Assembly (NCBI GenBank): GCA_050949055.1
Contig: JBMNFA010000001.1
Span: 11,116-75,115 of the forward strand
DNA length: 64,000 nt
Direction of reading: 5' to 3'
Source: Bacillota bacterium
GTDB taxonomy: Bacteria; Bacillota; UBA994; UBA5500
The notes below the pieces were generated by a model. That model worked only from the letters and a program-made list of their open reading frames with translations. It searched no databases and was not told the origin of the DNA. A program made the position numbers and the translations under genes. This document shows, piece after piece, positions 10,740-19,710 of this stretch (positions are counted from its first letter, which is position 1; the number at the start of each line of letters is the position of its first letter).

Positions 10740-11380
10740 TGTACCTATCTTGCTTACACCTAGACATCGCCCATCCTGCTGCTCGTCAATGTCTAAAGGA
10801 CTGTCAGGATATGCACCGTACACTCATGCGAGCCTTTCCAGATGAATATCAGGGATCATCCCGAGAAGCCTGTGGTATGTTATACCGTGTTATGCGTGAA
10901 CGCACCGGAGTGAGGCTATTCGTGTTATCAGAGCATTGCCCCGACTGGCGCGCTATCTCCGATCAGGGTTTTGTAATTAGAGGGGTAAAGGATGTCTCTA
11001 ATCTTCCGGCGTCCTTTACGCGTGGAAGGCGCTTTGCTTTCGATGCTTTACTCTGCCCGACTAAGAAAGTCTCACGACAAGGACGTAATGGCCGGCGGGC
11101 ATTTCTTTCATCTGCTGATGACCGTTTACAGTGGCTTGAACGAAAGGCTACGCAAGCTGGCTTTCTCATTGAGTGGGTGCGTGAGGAAGGGCAAAGCAAG
11201 GAGCGTGGTGTGCACCAACCGGACAGAGGTGGGACCATGTACCATGCCGGTGTACGTTACAGAGGAGTGCTTGTGGTTGAAGACAGTAAGGCTTTCTGCA
11301 AAGCATTCGCTAGAGGCATAGGGCCTGGGAAAGCCTACGGGTTTGGGATGCTGATGCTGTTTAAGGCAACTTCAGCATGA
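10739..11380 (+). CDS. cas6e: Cas6e/CasE crRNA processing endoribonuclease
   Basis: MYLS start, MHRTLM, LYRV, WLERK and the G-rich loop GIGPGKAYGFGML. Confidence 0.96.
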   Translation: MYLSCLHLDIAHPAARQCLKDCQDMHRTLMRAFPDEYQGSSREACGMLYRVMRERTGVRLFVLSEHCPDWRAISDQGFVIRGVKDVSNLPASFTRGRRFAFDALLCPTKKVSRQGRNGRRAFLSSADDRLQWLERKATQAGFLIEWVREEGQSKERGVHQPDRGGTMYHAGVRYRGVLVVEDSKAFCKAFARGIGPGKAYGFGMLMLFKATSA

Positions 11381-11531
11381 CACGAGTACAAGCTGCCACA
11401 ACTACCTGTTGAGATCAGCCCGGATAACGCAAGCAAACTACCGCCCAATGCAGCTGTGCTTCTGGTATGCTAACTGATACTTACGGGGCCTTTTCCGCAA
11501 ACGGCCCCGTGTTTATTGGGTTTTTTCAAGT
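11381..11531 (+). promoter_or_regulatory. Leader of CRISPR array 2
   Basis: Non-coding, ends in ...TTCAAGT before the first repeat. Has a TGGTATGCT extended -10-like element near 11463 and the hairpin ACGGGGCC..GGCCCCGT. Confidence 0.6.
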
Positions 11532-11732
11532 ATCTGCCCCACGCACGTGGGAGTGAACGCAACAGAAGAATCTTCTGCTTACCGACAGTATATCTGCCCC
11601 ACGCACGTGGGAGTGAACGGTTGTGGCTGACTGTTAACATGGTTAACTACCATCTGCCCCACGCACGTGGGGGTGAACCGCTAGTCAGGCTGAATCGTGG
11701 ATAAGTTGTGGAATCTACCCCACGCACGTGGG
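11532..11732 (+). CRISPR. Type I-E CRISPR array 2 (4 repeats, 3 spacers, last repeat truncated)
   Basis: Repeats at 11532 and 11592 (variant ..GGGAGTGAACG), 11652 (consensus) and 11713 (ATCTACCCCACGCACGTGGG, interrupted). Confidence 0.93.
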
Positions 11733-11951
11733 TGTGAGTGTTAATCGGAAAGTTGACCACCGCGCTAATCCAAAAGTTGGCCACCCGGCCCGGCGATGGG
11801 ACCCGTCAGGGTCCCGCAAGCAGGGGCAATCGAATCCATCTGGTTGATGGGAGGGGCACGGGATTAGGCTATCCTGGCCAGCAGGCTCCCCTGACCCACA
11901 AAATGCGCTTCCTCGGCGAGGGGGACCTGCTGGCCAGAGCCTGAACTGACA
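11733..11951. mobile_element. Possible IS21-like end or MITE remnant interrupting the last repeat
   Basis: Starts TGT and has tandem AAAGTTGACCACC / AAAGTTGGCCACC boxes, as in IS21-family ends. No transposase is present. Confidence 0.4.
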
Positions 11952-12034
11952 TCTACCTGCGTAGGGTGAACCGCAAACATCCCTTGCGCGCCCTACAAAC
12001 AGTGTACCTTCAACGCCGAGATGTGAAACGAGCC

Positions 12035-12775
12035 ATGGCTGTGCGAACTATAGCCACCTTAGGAGGTGATGATCCTACGAGTTGCTTAAGCAGTCTGCTT
12101 TGTAGGCATGGACAGATATTGATTGTAGACATAGAGACCACTGGCTTGAATCCGGCCAAGGATGAAGTTGTTGAAGTTGCGGCCATCTTGGTGCGAGAAG
12201 GAGCGCAGGATGAGTTGCGCGCTACAGTAGTCCTGGATAATCTGGTTACGTTGCCTTCTGGATACCGCATCCCGAGTGCCGTCAGCGCACTGACGGGAAT
12301 CACAGACTCCATGCTAGCTGCTTATGGAGTGCCCCGTCGACAAATTGCTGCTCAACTCACTCCGTTGCTCTTGGGCAATGTTCTTGTCGTTGCCCACAAT
12401 GTCCAGTTTGATATGTCATTCGTTCATGCTCTCTTGGCAAAGGAAAGTTTCGCAGTGCCAGAACGTTCATTGATCTTGGACACCTTGACAGTGTTCAGAG
12501 ATAGGCGAAGCTATCCCCATACGCTTGCGGATGCCATAAGTGCATATCGGTTGTCTGTGCCAGTAGGAACACCACACAGGGCGTTGGCAGACGCAAGAGT
12601 TGTGTTACGCTTGCTGCAAGCGATGGCCGTGGAAAATGACGACCTATTGTCCTACGTCAATGTCATCGGATACAACCCCCGCTATGGGGTCAGTGGCCCT
12701 CGGCTGGCTGGCGTCAGGTATGTGCCGCAGCCCCTTGTCAACCACAGAAGGTCCAAGCTGCCCAAATTCAAGTAA
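12035..12775 (+). CDS. DEDDh (DnaQ-like) 3'-5' exonuclease, start uncertain
   Basis: DIETTG, AHNVQFD, LDTL and HRALAD motifs. Confidence 0.9.
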   Translation: MAVRTIATLGGDDPTSCLSSLLCRHGQILIVDIETTGLNPAKDEVVEVAAILVREGAQDELRATVVLDNLVTLPSGYRIPSAVSALTGITDSMLAAYGVPRRQIAAQLTPLLLGNVLVVAHNVQFDMSFVHALLAKESFAVPERSLILDTLTVFRDRRSYPHTLADAISAYRLSVPVGTPHRALADARVVLRLLQAMAVENDDLLSYVNVIGYNPRYGVSGPRLAGVRYVPQPLVNHRRSKLPKFK

Positions 12776-12915
12776 TTCCGCATTGATGCAAACTCATTTC
12801 TGTACCAGTACTTCTCCAGCATACAGACCATCTGTAACCTATTTCCTCCTACCCAATGGAACAATTGCCCCGGCCATGCGTCAATAGGGCAAAGACCATT
12901 GTGGAGGTTATCAAC

Positions 12916-14175
12916 ATGAGAAGGTTTTTCTCCCTGTTGCTGGTGCCTTTGTTGCTGCTCGGCATGGTTAGCCCCGCGCTCGCTGCGAATTACCGCGATA
13001 TGGCCGAGGCTTACCTTAACCAGAAATATGGTGGCAACGACGCCACCATCGAGATGCATCAGGACGGAATAATGGAGCTGGAGTTCACGGGCCAATCCTT
13101 CTGGTACGTGGAATACACTGTTGTGCCGGCGGGGGCACCTGCCACGGGCGCGACGGGCGAGAAGCCTGTGCCGGATATCGGCCGGACGGAGCCGCCGCTG
13201 GCACTGCCAGAAGCCAGGGACCTGCCCCTGGCCACAATAGAGCCAGCGGTTATGCCGAGACTGGACAGTTATCATCACAATTACGTCTACGGCGTGCTGT
13301 ATATCCACGTGGAGTCCGGCAAAATCCTGGAGATGGACGAGATGGAGCCCTATTTCACGGAGGAAGCTGCTTTGGCTGAGCAAGAGTGGGCCAGGCTGCG
13401 GCAGGAGGCAGGCAAGCTGGAAGTCTCGCTCTACCGCAAACTTATGACCTTGGCCGCTACTGAAAGCGTCAAGGTTACCATACACCCAGCTCTAACCATC
13501 ACCGCCGAGGTCGAGGCGCAGTTTGCTATACTGCAAGACCAGTACCCGCGCGTATTCGCAGAGATGAACATTGAATTGGGTCAGTTTCTGGATGGCACCT
13601 GGGGAGCGGCTGGCGAGGGCAAGGTGATGCCGGCTATGGACTGTGTCGTAGGATACGCCACTACTGTTACCCCAGCCGTGAGCGTGGATCCGCCTGTGCG
13701 AACTCCCCTGGGCGACGATCCGGTGCCTCCTGTGCCACCCGGGAAAAACGACAGCCAGTACAACGAGCAATACTGGCAGGAGCACAACGCTTTCTGGGCA
13801 GGGATGGAGCAATTGCGCCTGATGACCATGGCCGATTCATTGCGGGAGATCTCTGCCGCGCTGGAAGATATGGGGGTTGCCTATACGGGCACCGATTACT
13901 ACATCTCGGCGGAACTGACAGCGACGCAAGTCCGGGCCATCGCCGAGCATCAGGCTGTGGGAGTGGTCTACGAGGAACTCGGCTATGCGCATGCGATGGA
14001 CGCCAATATGGCCTTGCGCGGCAGGGTGGAGACGGACCAGCTGGCCGTAGCTCCGGCCATGAATGCGGAAGCCGCCCCGGAGCCTGCCGCGGTGAACAGC
14101 CGTGTGCCTTTGATCGTAGGCGGATTGGCAGTCGGCTTGGCGGCAGTGGTGGTCAGCAAACGCAGGCAGGCATAG
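12916..14175 (+). CDS. Exported, C-terminally membrane-anchored hypothetical protein
   Basis: GGAGG RBS, signal peptide ending in ALA, C-terminal hydrophobic segment followed by KRR. Confidence 0.8.
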   Translation: MRRFFSLLLVPLLLLGMVSPALAANYRDMAEAYLNQKYGGNDATIEMHQDGIMELEFTGQSFWYVEYTVVPAGAPATGATGEKPVPDIGRTEPPLALPEARDLPLATIEPAVMPRLDSYHHNYVYGVLYIHVESGKILEMDEMEPYFTEEAALAEQEWARLRQEAGKLEVSLYRKLMTLAATESVKVTIHPALTITAEVEAQFAILQDQYPRVFAEMNIELGQFLDGTWGAAGEGKVMPAMDCVVGYATTVTPAVSVDPPVRTPLGDDPVPPVPPGKNDSQYNEQYWQEHNAFWAGMEQLRLMTMADSLREISAALEDMGVAYTGTDYYISAELTATQVRAIAEHQAVGVVYEELGYAHAMDANMALRGRVETDQLAVAPAMNAEAAPEPAAVNSRVPLIVGGLAVGLAAVVVSKRRQA

Positions 14176-14399
14176 TTGATGGTAGGCACAGCAAGGGCGT
14201 GCCGCCCAGGTTCTAGGAGGAACGTGGGGGGACACGCCCGTTTTGCTGCCGCGTCTACTCTGGGAGAGTGGGAGGTGAGCCGAGGGAGCATCTGTTAGCA
14301 GCAGATGCACGAGTTCCCGCTTGCAGACGGAAATTTCAGATAGCATTTGACCGCCGCAGCCACTCTCCCTGCGGCGGTCAGGCTCTTAGTTGGTGCTGC

Positions 14400-14879
14400 T
14401 CAGTTACCGGTCAGCGACAGGATGATCTGGGCAACGATGGTGCCGCCCAGATAAGTGCCGGCAAAAGTGATCAGGGCGATGACCACAATGCTTATGCCCT
14501 GTTTCCGGAAAGCATCCATGTCTTTGCCCAATGAGATGCCGGCAAAAGCCAGGATGGGGGTACAGAGGGCAAGCAGATTGACCTTGTTTACCTGCGTCAC
14601 AAAGTAATCCGCGATTGGCGAAATGCTGGGGACGCCAACCAGAATCGAAAGCAATGAGATATAGATGATGGTCGGTATCTTCAGCGAGGAATGTCTCTTG
14701 ACGAAATCGTCGACCATGCAGCCGATGACGATGATCACAAACAGCATGCCCAGTGCCGGGAAGATCTCCCACGGCATGATCGGCGCGCCCTTCTTCACGG
14801 AGACAATGTAGTTGCCGACGGAGGCAAAGAGACCGCTCAGGACCAATACCTTTATCCTGGTAATCCACAGATCCTTCAT
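14400..14879 (-). CDS. Membrane protein, partner of the DUF3100-like gene
   Basis: Highly hydrophobic 159 aa, start overlaps the stop of the upstream gene. Confidence 0.8.
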   Translation of the reverse strand: MKDLWITRIKVLVLSGLFASVGNYIVSVKKGAPIMPWEIFPALGMLFVIIVIGCMVDDFVKRHSSLKIPTIIYISLLSILVGVPSISPIADYFVTQVNKVNLLALCTPILAFAGISLGKDMDAFRKQGISIVVIALITFAGTYLGGTIVAQIILSLTGN

Positions 14880-15688
14880 TAGCGTGCCACCTCCTTACCG
14901 GCGGGCTTGGTAATTGCCGGTTCCTTTTTCAGTACCTTATACAGGAGATTGGCCAGGGGCAGGGACACAAACAGGGTAATGTACATCCCAGTCACGCCGC
15001 CCACTATTTGTGCGCCCGCAGTCAACGTCTGCAGCTCGTTGGCGAGCTCGGGGAAAGCCTGAACAGTAGCTCCCAGGATGGCGCTCATCATCGAGGCGGA
15101 GCCAACGCCAGCACCGATGGCCAGCGCCTGAGGAGTGAAGATGCCCAGGCCGCAGACAATCGATGCCAACAACCCACAGAAAATGGTGCCGAGCAGAGTG
15201 CCAGTGATATAGCCTCCCATTATGCCCTGGCCCTCGGGCGAGTCCAGCCCATAGATACTGCCGATAATAGCGATCGCGTTTTCTCTGCTCATGGAGAAAC
15301 CGCATCCAACCAGCGCGCGACCCATTTTGAACACCCAAACCCCCACGGGGATGGAGACAAAGATGAACAAGATCAGCTTGCCAATGGCCTGGCCGATCAA
15401 GGCAGGGCCTGCGTTAAACAGTTGGTTCAGATTGGGTCCGATGGTGGAACCCATCTTGGCGGTGAGATACATGACCGAGATTGTAATGTACGGAGAAGCG
15501 GTAACCATCATCTGGCGATCGATCACTCTTACTTTAGCGAGCACAAGACCTATCACCAGGGCATACAGCATGGGCAGGAGGGTAAAACTCAGTTTACCCA
15601 TCTTTACCGGCTGCGATCCGATCAGCTCACTGACAACAACCATGGCGAAGCAGAGTGCAAACACTTTCCAGTCCTTAAAAAGCTTCAC
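14879..15688 (-). CDS. DUF3100-like membrane protein (putative transporter subunit)
   Basis: Multi-TM with LLPMLYA, YGLDSPEGQG and GVGSASMM. GAGGAGG RBS. Confidence 0.8.
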   Translation of the reverse strand: MKLFKDWKVFALCFAMVVVSELIGSQPVKMGKLSFTLLPMLYALVIGLVLAKVRVIDRQMMVTASPYITISVMYLTAKMGSTIGPNLNQLFNAGPALIGQAIGKLILFIFVSIPVGVWVFKMGRALVGCGFSMSRENAIAIIGSIYGLDSPEGQGIMGGYITGTLLGTIFCGLLASIVCGLGIFTPQALAIGAGVGSASMMSAILGATVQAFPELANELQTLTAGAQIVGGVTGMYITLFVSLPLANLLYKVLKKEPAITKPAGKEVAR

Positions 15689-15926
15689 AGATTCTCCTCC
15701 TCATTGAATTTGGTTGGTGCCAACCGCTCAGTGATTCCGTTCTATCAATATGCCTTGCTGCCTGCCTCCTTTCCCTTTGTTTTTTCCGTTCCCAACTTTC
15801 CGATATTTCGCTGCTGCAGATGTTCCGCGCGCGCCAATAGAATCCCTTTGGCGATGGTCAGAAAAATTGCTATATTCATAACAGTGCATCAGTGGTAGTA
15901 CGCAAACGCAGGTAGGTGTGATAGCG

Positions 15927-15970
15927 GACAGCAAGAGAGCCTTCAGAAACCTGAAGGCTCTCTTGCTGTC
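15927..15970. terminator. Long hairpin terminator after tatD-like gene
   Basis: GACAGCAAGAGAGCCTTCAG / CTGAAGGCTCTCTTGCTGTC, a perfect 20-bp stem. Confidence 0.7.
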
Positions 15971-15994
15971 TAGGAGGGTGGGGGTATGGGCAGA

Positions 15995-16744
15995 TTACGG
16001 GATTGGCCAAGCGATATGGTCCAATACCCGCATGAGGTTGTCGTAGACCGTTGCATGCATTTCTTCCTCAGCAACACCCTTGATCATTGCCGCTTCCCCC
16101 AGTATGCCCCGCAGCACTTGGGGAACATCAGCCATGCTGCAGGCTTCTCCGGTGCCCCAGGCGACCGATTCCGTACCATCGGTCTCGGTGAGCAGGCGGG
16201 GGAGGGGTACCTGGCGGCAAACCTCGCGCACTGCCGGGTTCAGCCTGATATCCGGCCCCAGGGTAAAGTAGCAGTCCAGGTCGACGTAGTCGGCCAGCTG
16301 CTCCGCCGGTCCAGAATACCAGTGTACGATGATCAGTGGGGGAGTGTATTTCCGCAGCCACTGGGCAATCTCGGCCTCTGCGCCCTTGGTGTGCAGCATC
16401 ACCGGCTTGTTCAGTTTTACCGCCGTCTGCAACTGATGCAGGAACGACTGGCGCTGTATGTCCATGGGGGCGCTGCTCCAAACCGTGTCCAGCCCAATCT
16501 CACCGATAATCGGTGCCTGTGCCAGCCACTGGTCCATGCAGTCTAGGGGATATTGGTGGGGCTGCCAGGGGCTCATCCCAAAGGTGGGGATGATGCGCGG
16601 GTGAGCTTTGGCCAGCTCGGACACCGGCTGACACTGGTCCGGATTGGTGGCTGCCACCAGTTGCCATAGGCCTTGCTGGGCCAGCTGGATAGCTGCTTCC
16701 TCCTGTCCGGGGCGAATATGGGTATGGGCATCAACTAGGTTCAA
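15995..16744 (-). CDS. TatD-family hydrolase
   Basis: DAHTH, IGEIGLD, LHTK, VHWYSG, LTETD. Confidence 0.9.
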   Translation of the reverse strand: MNLVDAHTHIRPGQEEAAIQLAQQGLWQLVAATNPDQCQPVSELAKAHPRIIPTFGMSPWQPHQYPLDCMDQWLAQAPIIGEIGLDTVWSSAPMDIQRQSFLHQLQTAVKLNKPVMLHTKGAEAEIAQWLRKYTPPLIIVHWYSGPAEQLADYVDLDCYFTLGPDIRLNPAVREVCRQVPLPRLLTETDGTESVAWGTGEACSMADVPQVLRGILGEAAMIKGVAEEEMHATVYDNLMRVLDHIAWPIP

Positions 16745-16750
16745 CCAAGA

Positions 16751-17500
16751 TCACTCCTCCAGTGCCTGGTGCACCTGCTGCTTGATCTCGCCGGTACCCA
16801 GCAACCACTGCCAGTCGCGTTCCGCGGCCGGCGTGGGCACATCCACCTGCAGCACGATGCGGGCAGGTCGCTGAGAAAACACGTAGATGCGGTCAGACAG
16901 AAAAACCGCTTCGTCAATGTCGTGGGTGACCAGCACGATGGTGCGGCCCAGACGTCTTCTCAGCTCGGCCAACCAGCGCTGCAACCGCTGGCGAGTGATG
17001 GCATCCAAGGCACCAAAGGGTTCGTCCAGCAGCAGCACATCTGCGTCCGACAATACGGTGCGCAGGAAGGCCGCCCGTTGGCGCATTCCCCCAGAGAGCT
17101 GGTCCGGATATTTGTTTTCGTAACCCTGCAAGCCAAACTGCTTAAAATAGCCGGCTGCATACTCCCGGGCGCTAGCCTTGTCCATTCTCTGCTCGCCCCT
17201 GCGCAGCAGCAGGGGCAGGCAGACGTTATCCAGCACGGTGCGCCAGGGCATCAGCAGGTCTTCCTGCGGCATGTAGGCGAAGTGCCCCGAGACGCCCGCC
17301 AGCAGCTGACCATCCAATAGTATCTGTCCCGATGCGCCGGGCAACAGGCCGGCCAGGATGTTCAGCAGGGTGCTCTTGCCGCAGCCGGAGGGACCCAAGA
17401 TGCTGACGAGGGTGCCGGATTCGGCGGTGAAGTTGATTCCGGACAGCACCGGTCCATTGTCGAAGCTGAAGCAGAGGTCCCTCACTTGCAGCTTGCTCAC
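16751..17500 (-). CDS. ABC transporter ATPase (ThiZ-like)
   Basis: GPSGCGKST, LSGGMRQR, LLLDEPF, VTHD. Confidence 0.92.
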   Translation of the reverse strand: MSKLQVRDLCFSFDNGPVLSGINFTAESGTLVSILGPSGCGKSTLLNILAGLLPGASGQILLDGQLLAGVSGHFAYMPQEDLLMPWRTVLDNVCLPLLLRRGEQRMDKASAREYAAGYFKQFGLQGYENKYPDQLSGGMRQRAAFLRTVLSDADVLLLDEPFGALDAITRQRLQRWLAELRRRLGRTIVLVTHDIDEAVFLSDRIYVFSQRPARIVLQVDVPTPAAERDWQWLLGTGEIKQQVHQALEE

Positions 17501-17513
17501 GCGATTAGCCCCC

Positions 17514-18506
17514 TTACTCGGGCAGAAATTCGTTGGTAAAGGCTTCTTCGGCCGGCATATCCTTGTCAATCAATCCATACTCGCGCATGAAATCGGTATA
17601 GGCATCCCACACCTCGGCCTTCATCTCTCCCCAGCGGGGGTTGTCGGCCATATACCGCGGAGCTAGATACTCCTGGCTGCGGCGCAAGAACTCGGCATCA
17701 TATGCATATTCTGGCACTGCTTCCGCCAGGATGTCTGCCGCACCATGGGGGTCTTCGATGGCATCCATGTAGCCCTGCTTGGTGGCGGCCAGGAACTTCT
17801 GGGCCAACTCGGGGTCCTCGTTTAGCAGCTGCTCGGAAGCGATGATCACCGGGGTATAGTAATCCAGGCGCTGGTCCAGATCCCGCAGCTCGATGTAATT
17901 GAGCGGGAAATCCTGCATTTCAGCTTCAATTCCGGTCCAACCATAGAAGATCCAGGTCAGGTCCACAGCGTCCTTCATGGCAGCGAAGCCACCATCTCCG
18001 CCAGAGACCATGCTCAGGGTGGAGAAGTCGGCACCCGCTTTTTCCATCACTGCCTTGATCACAGCTTCTTCGGCAGGGGAACCCCAGCCAGAGTAGACTT
18101 TGCCCTCAAAATCGTTGGGGCTGGTGATGTTCTTGGGCTTGTAGGAAGCAAAGCCCGAGGTGTTATGCTGGATCAGGGTGGCGATGGCCTTGATCGGCAA
18201 CGGTTCTTCAGCCGTGCGGGCGTAGGTAACATCCTCCTGGTAGGAGATGCCAAACTGTCCCTGACCGGTGGCGATCAGCGTCGCAGTAGCACCCTCAGAG
18301 GGCTGCACAATTTCCACTTCCAGACCCTGCTGGGCATAGTAGCCTTTGGCTTGGGCCACGTAGAGACCGGTATGGTTGGTGTTGGGCAAGTAATCCAGGA
18401 TCACCCGCACTTTTTGCGGTTGCTCCGGGTCCGGCTCAGCGGGCGAACAGGCAGCCAGGCTAAACACCAGCACTCCAGCCAGCAGAAGCACTAACCATTT
18501 CTTCAT
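17514..18506 (-). CDS. ABC substrate-binding lipoprotein, NMT1/ThiY family
   Basis: Lipobox LAAC, LDYLPNTNHTGLYVA, ISYQE, DYYTPV. Confidence 0.9.
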   Translation of the reverse strand: MKKWLVLLLAGVLVFSLAACSPAEPDPEQPQKVRVILDYLPNTNHTGLYVAQAKGYYAQQGLEVEIVQPSEGATATLIATGQGQFGISYQEDVTYARTAEEPLPIKAIATLIQHNTSGFASYKPKNITSPNDFEGKVYSGWGSPAEEAVIKAVMEKAGADFSTLSMVSGGDGGFAAMKDAVDLTWIFYGWTGIEAEMQDFPLNYIELRDLDQRLDYYTPVIIASEQLLNEDPELAQKFLAATKQGYMDAIEDPHGAADILAEAVPEYAYDAEFLRRSQEYLAPRYMADNPRWGEMKAEVWDAYTDFMREYGLIDKDMPAEEAFTNEFLPE

Positions 18507-18676
18507 CTTAATGCACCTTCCTTATGGAGTATATTTGTGGCAGGCATGGTCACTTTAATACGAACGTGAAGAGTCCAAAGTCCTATGAATTCGGACGTTT
18601 CTTAGGTTTCTTTGCTGCACTCAGAATGGCACTGAAAAGCCTTCAGTAATCTCAGACCGTCCTCGTCAAACAGCTT

Positions 18677-18742
18677 GGGACAGCAGAACCGTCCCCACGC
18701 CCAGTTCAACGGGCCGGACGGGGAGAACCGTCCCCATGTCCG
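18677..18742. repeat. REP-like GAACCGTCCCC elements (two copies)
   Basis: GGGACAGCAGAACCGTCCCCA and CCGGACGGGGAGAACCGTCCCCATGTCCGG. The same motif occurs at 28469 and 51988. Confidence 0.75.
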
Positions 18743-18759
18743 GGTGTTGGCGACAGGCA

Positions 18760-19545
18760 TCAGTTGTCCTCGGTTTCCGCCTGGCGGCTGCGGCGGCGGT
18801 GAGCCCAAGGGGTCAGCCAGCGCTCAAATCCGCGCACAACGGCGTTCAGCAACAGGCTGAGCAGCACGATCAGCACCACCACGGCGAACACCCGATCCAG
18901 CATGTAGGCGTTTTTCACCCGCAGCATGTAGAAGCCCAGGCCGGCGCTAGCCCCCAGCCATTCGCCAACCACTGCCCCCATGATGCTGTAGGTGGCCGCC
19001 ACCCGCAGCCCCGAAAAGAAGTTGGGGGCTGCTGCCGGCAGCTTGATGATGCGGTAGATCTCCAGCCGCGTGGCGCCCATGGTACGCAGCAGGTCGACTG
19101 TTTTGGGTGATACCTGGCCCAGGCCATCGGCCAGACTGACCGCAATCGGGAAGAAGCACATCAATATCACCGTGACCACTTTGGGGGTGAGGCCAAAACC
19201 CAAGTAGATGATAAACAGCGGCGCCAGGATAATGGTTGGCACCGATTGGGATACCACCATCATCGGATAGACTGCTTGACGAAAGCGCGGCCAAGCGTCC
19301 ATGGCCACCGCCAAGATGGCCGCCATGACTGTAGAAATCAGCATACCCAACACAGCCTCGCCCAAACTGACCAGCGAGTGGGGCAGCAATACCGCCCGCG
19401 TCTGCCACAGGCTGCTGACGATGCGGCTGGGGGCAGGCAATAGATACAGCGGGATGCTGCGCACCCGCACCACCGCTTCCCACAGCAGCAGGAGCAGCAG
19501 GGGAAGGGCCAAAGGGGTCAAGAGTCGCGAGCTGTGCTTTTTCAT
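18760..19545 (-). CDS. ABC permease (ThiX-like)
   Basis: LPAPS, QSVPTIILAPL, GAVVGEWLG. GGAGG RBS. Confidence 0.9.
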   Translation of the reverse strand: MKKHSSRLLTPLALPLLLLLLWEAVVRVRSIPLYLLPAPSRIVSSLWQTRAVLLPHSLVSLGEAVLGMLISTVMAAILAVAMDAWPRFRQAVYPMMVVSQSVPTIILAPLFIIYLGFGLTPKVVTVILMCFFPIAVSLADGLGQVSPKTVDLLRTMGATRLEIYRIIKLPAAAPNFFSGLRVAATYSIMGAVVGEWLGASAGLGFYMLRVKNAYMLDRVFAVVVLIVLLSLLLNAVVRGFERWLTPWAHRRRSRQAETEDN

Positions 19546-19569
19546 GTCAACCTCCAGAAGGCACAGATA

Positions 19570-19710
19570 ACAAGAAAGCTCCACCGGCAAGGTGGAGCTG
19601 TTCTGAATCCAGAATCGCTTTCTCCCTACGTCGGCATTATCCGCATCAGGTATAAGGGTCGAAGCATGCCGCTTCCTCTCAGGCCACCAATCTGACCTCC
19701 CCTGGGCACT
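19570..19710 (-). promoter_or_regulatory. TPP riboswitch with terminator
   Basis: Minus strand reads GGGGAG..CTGAGAGG..GACCC..ACCTGATGCGGATAATGCCGACGTAGGGA, followed by the AGCTCCACC/GGTGGAGCT-TTCTT terminator. Sits upstream of a thiXYZ-like ABC. Confidence 0.93.

Noticed and set aside
11966-12034. N-terminal extension of the DEDDh ORF from GTG 11966
   Set aside because: The GTG lies inside a degenerate CRISPR repeat and has no RBS.
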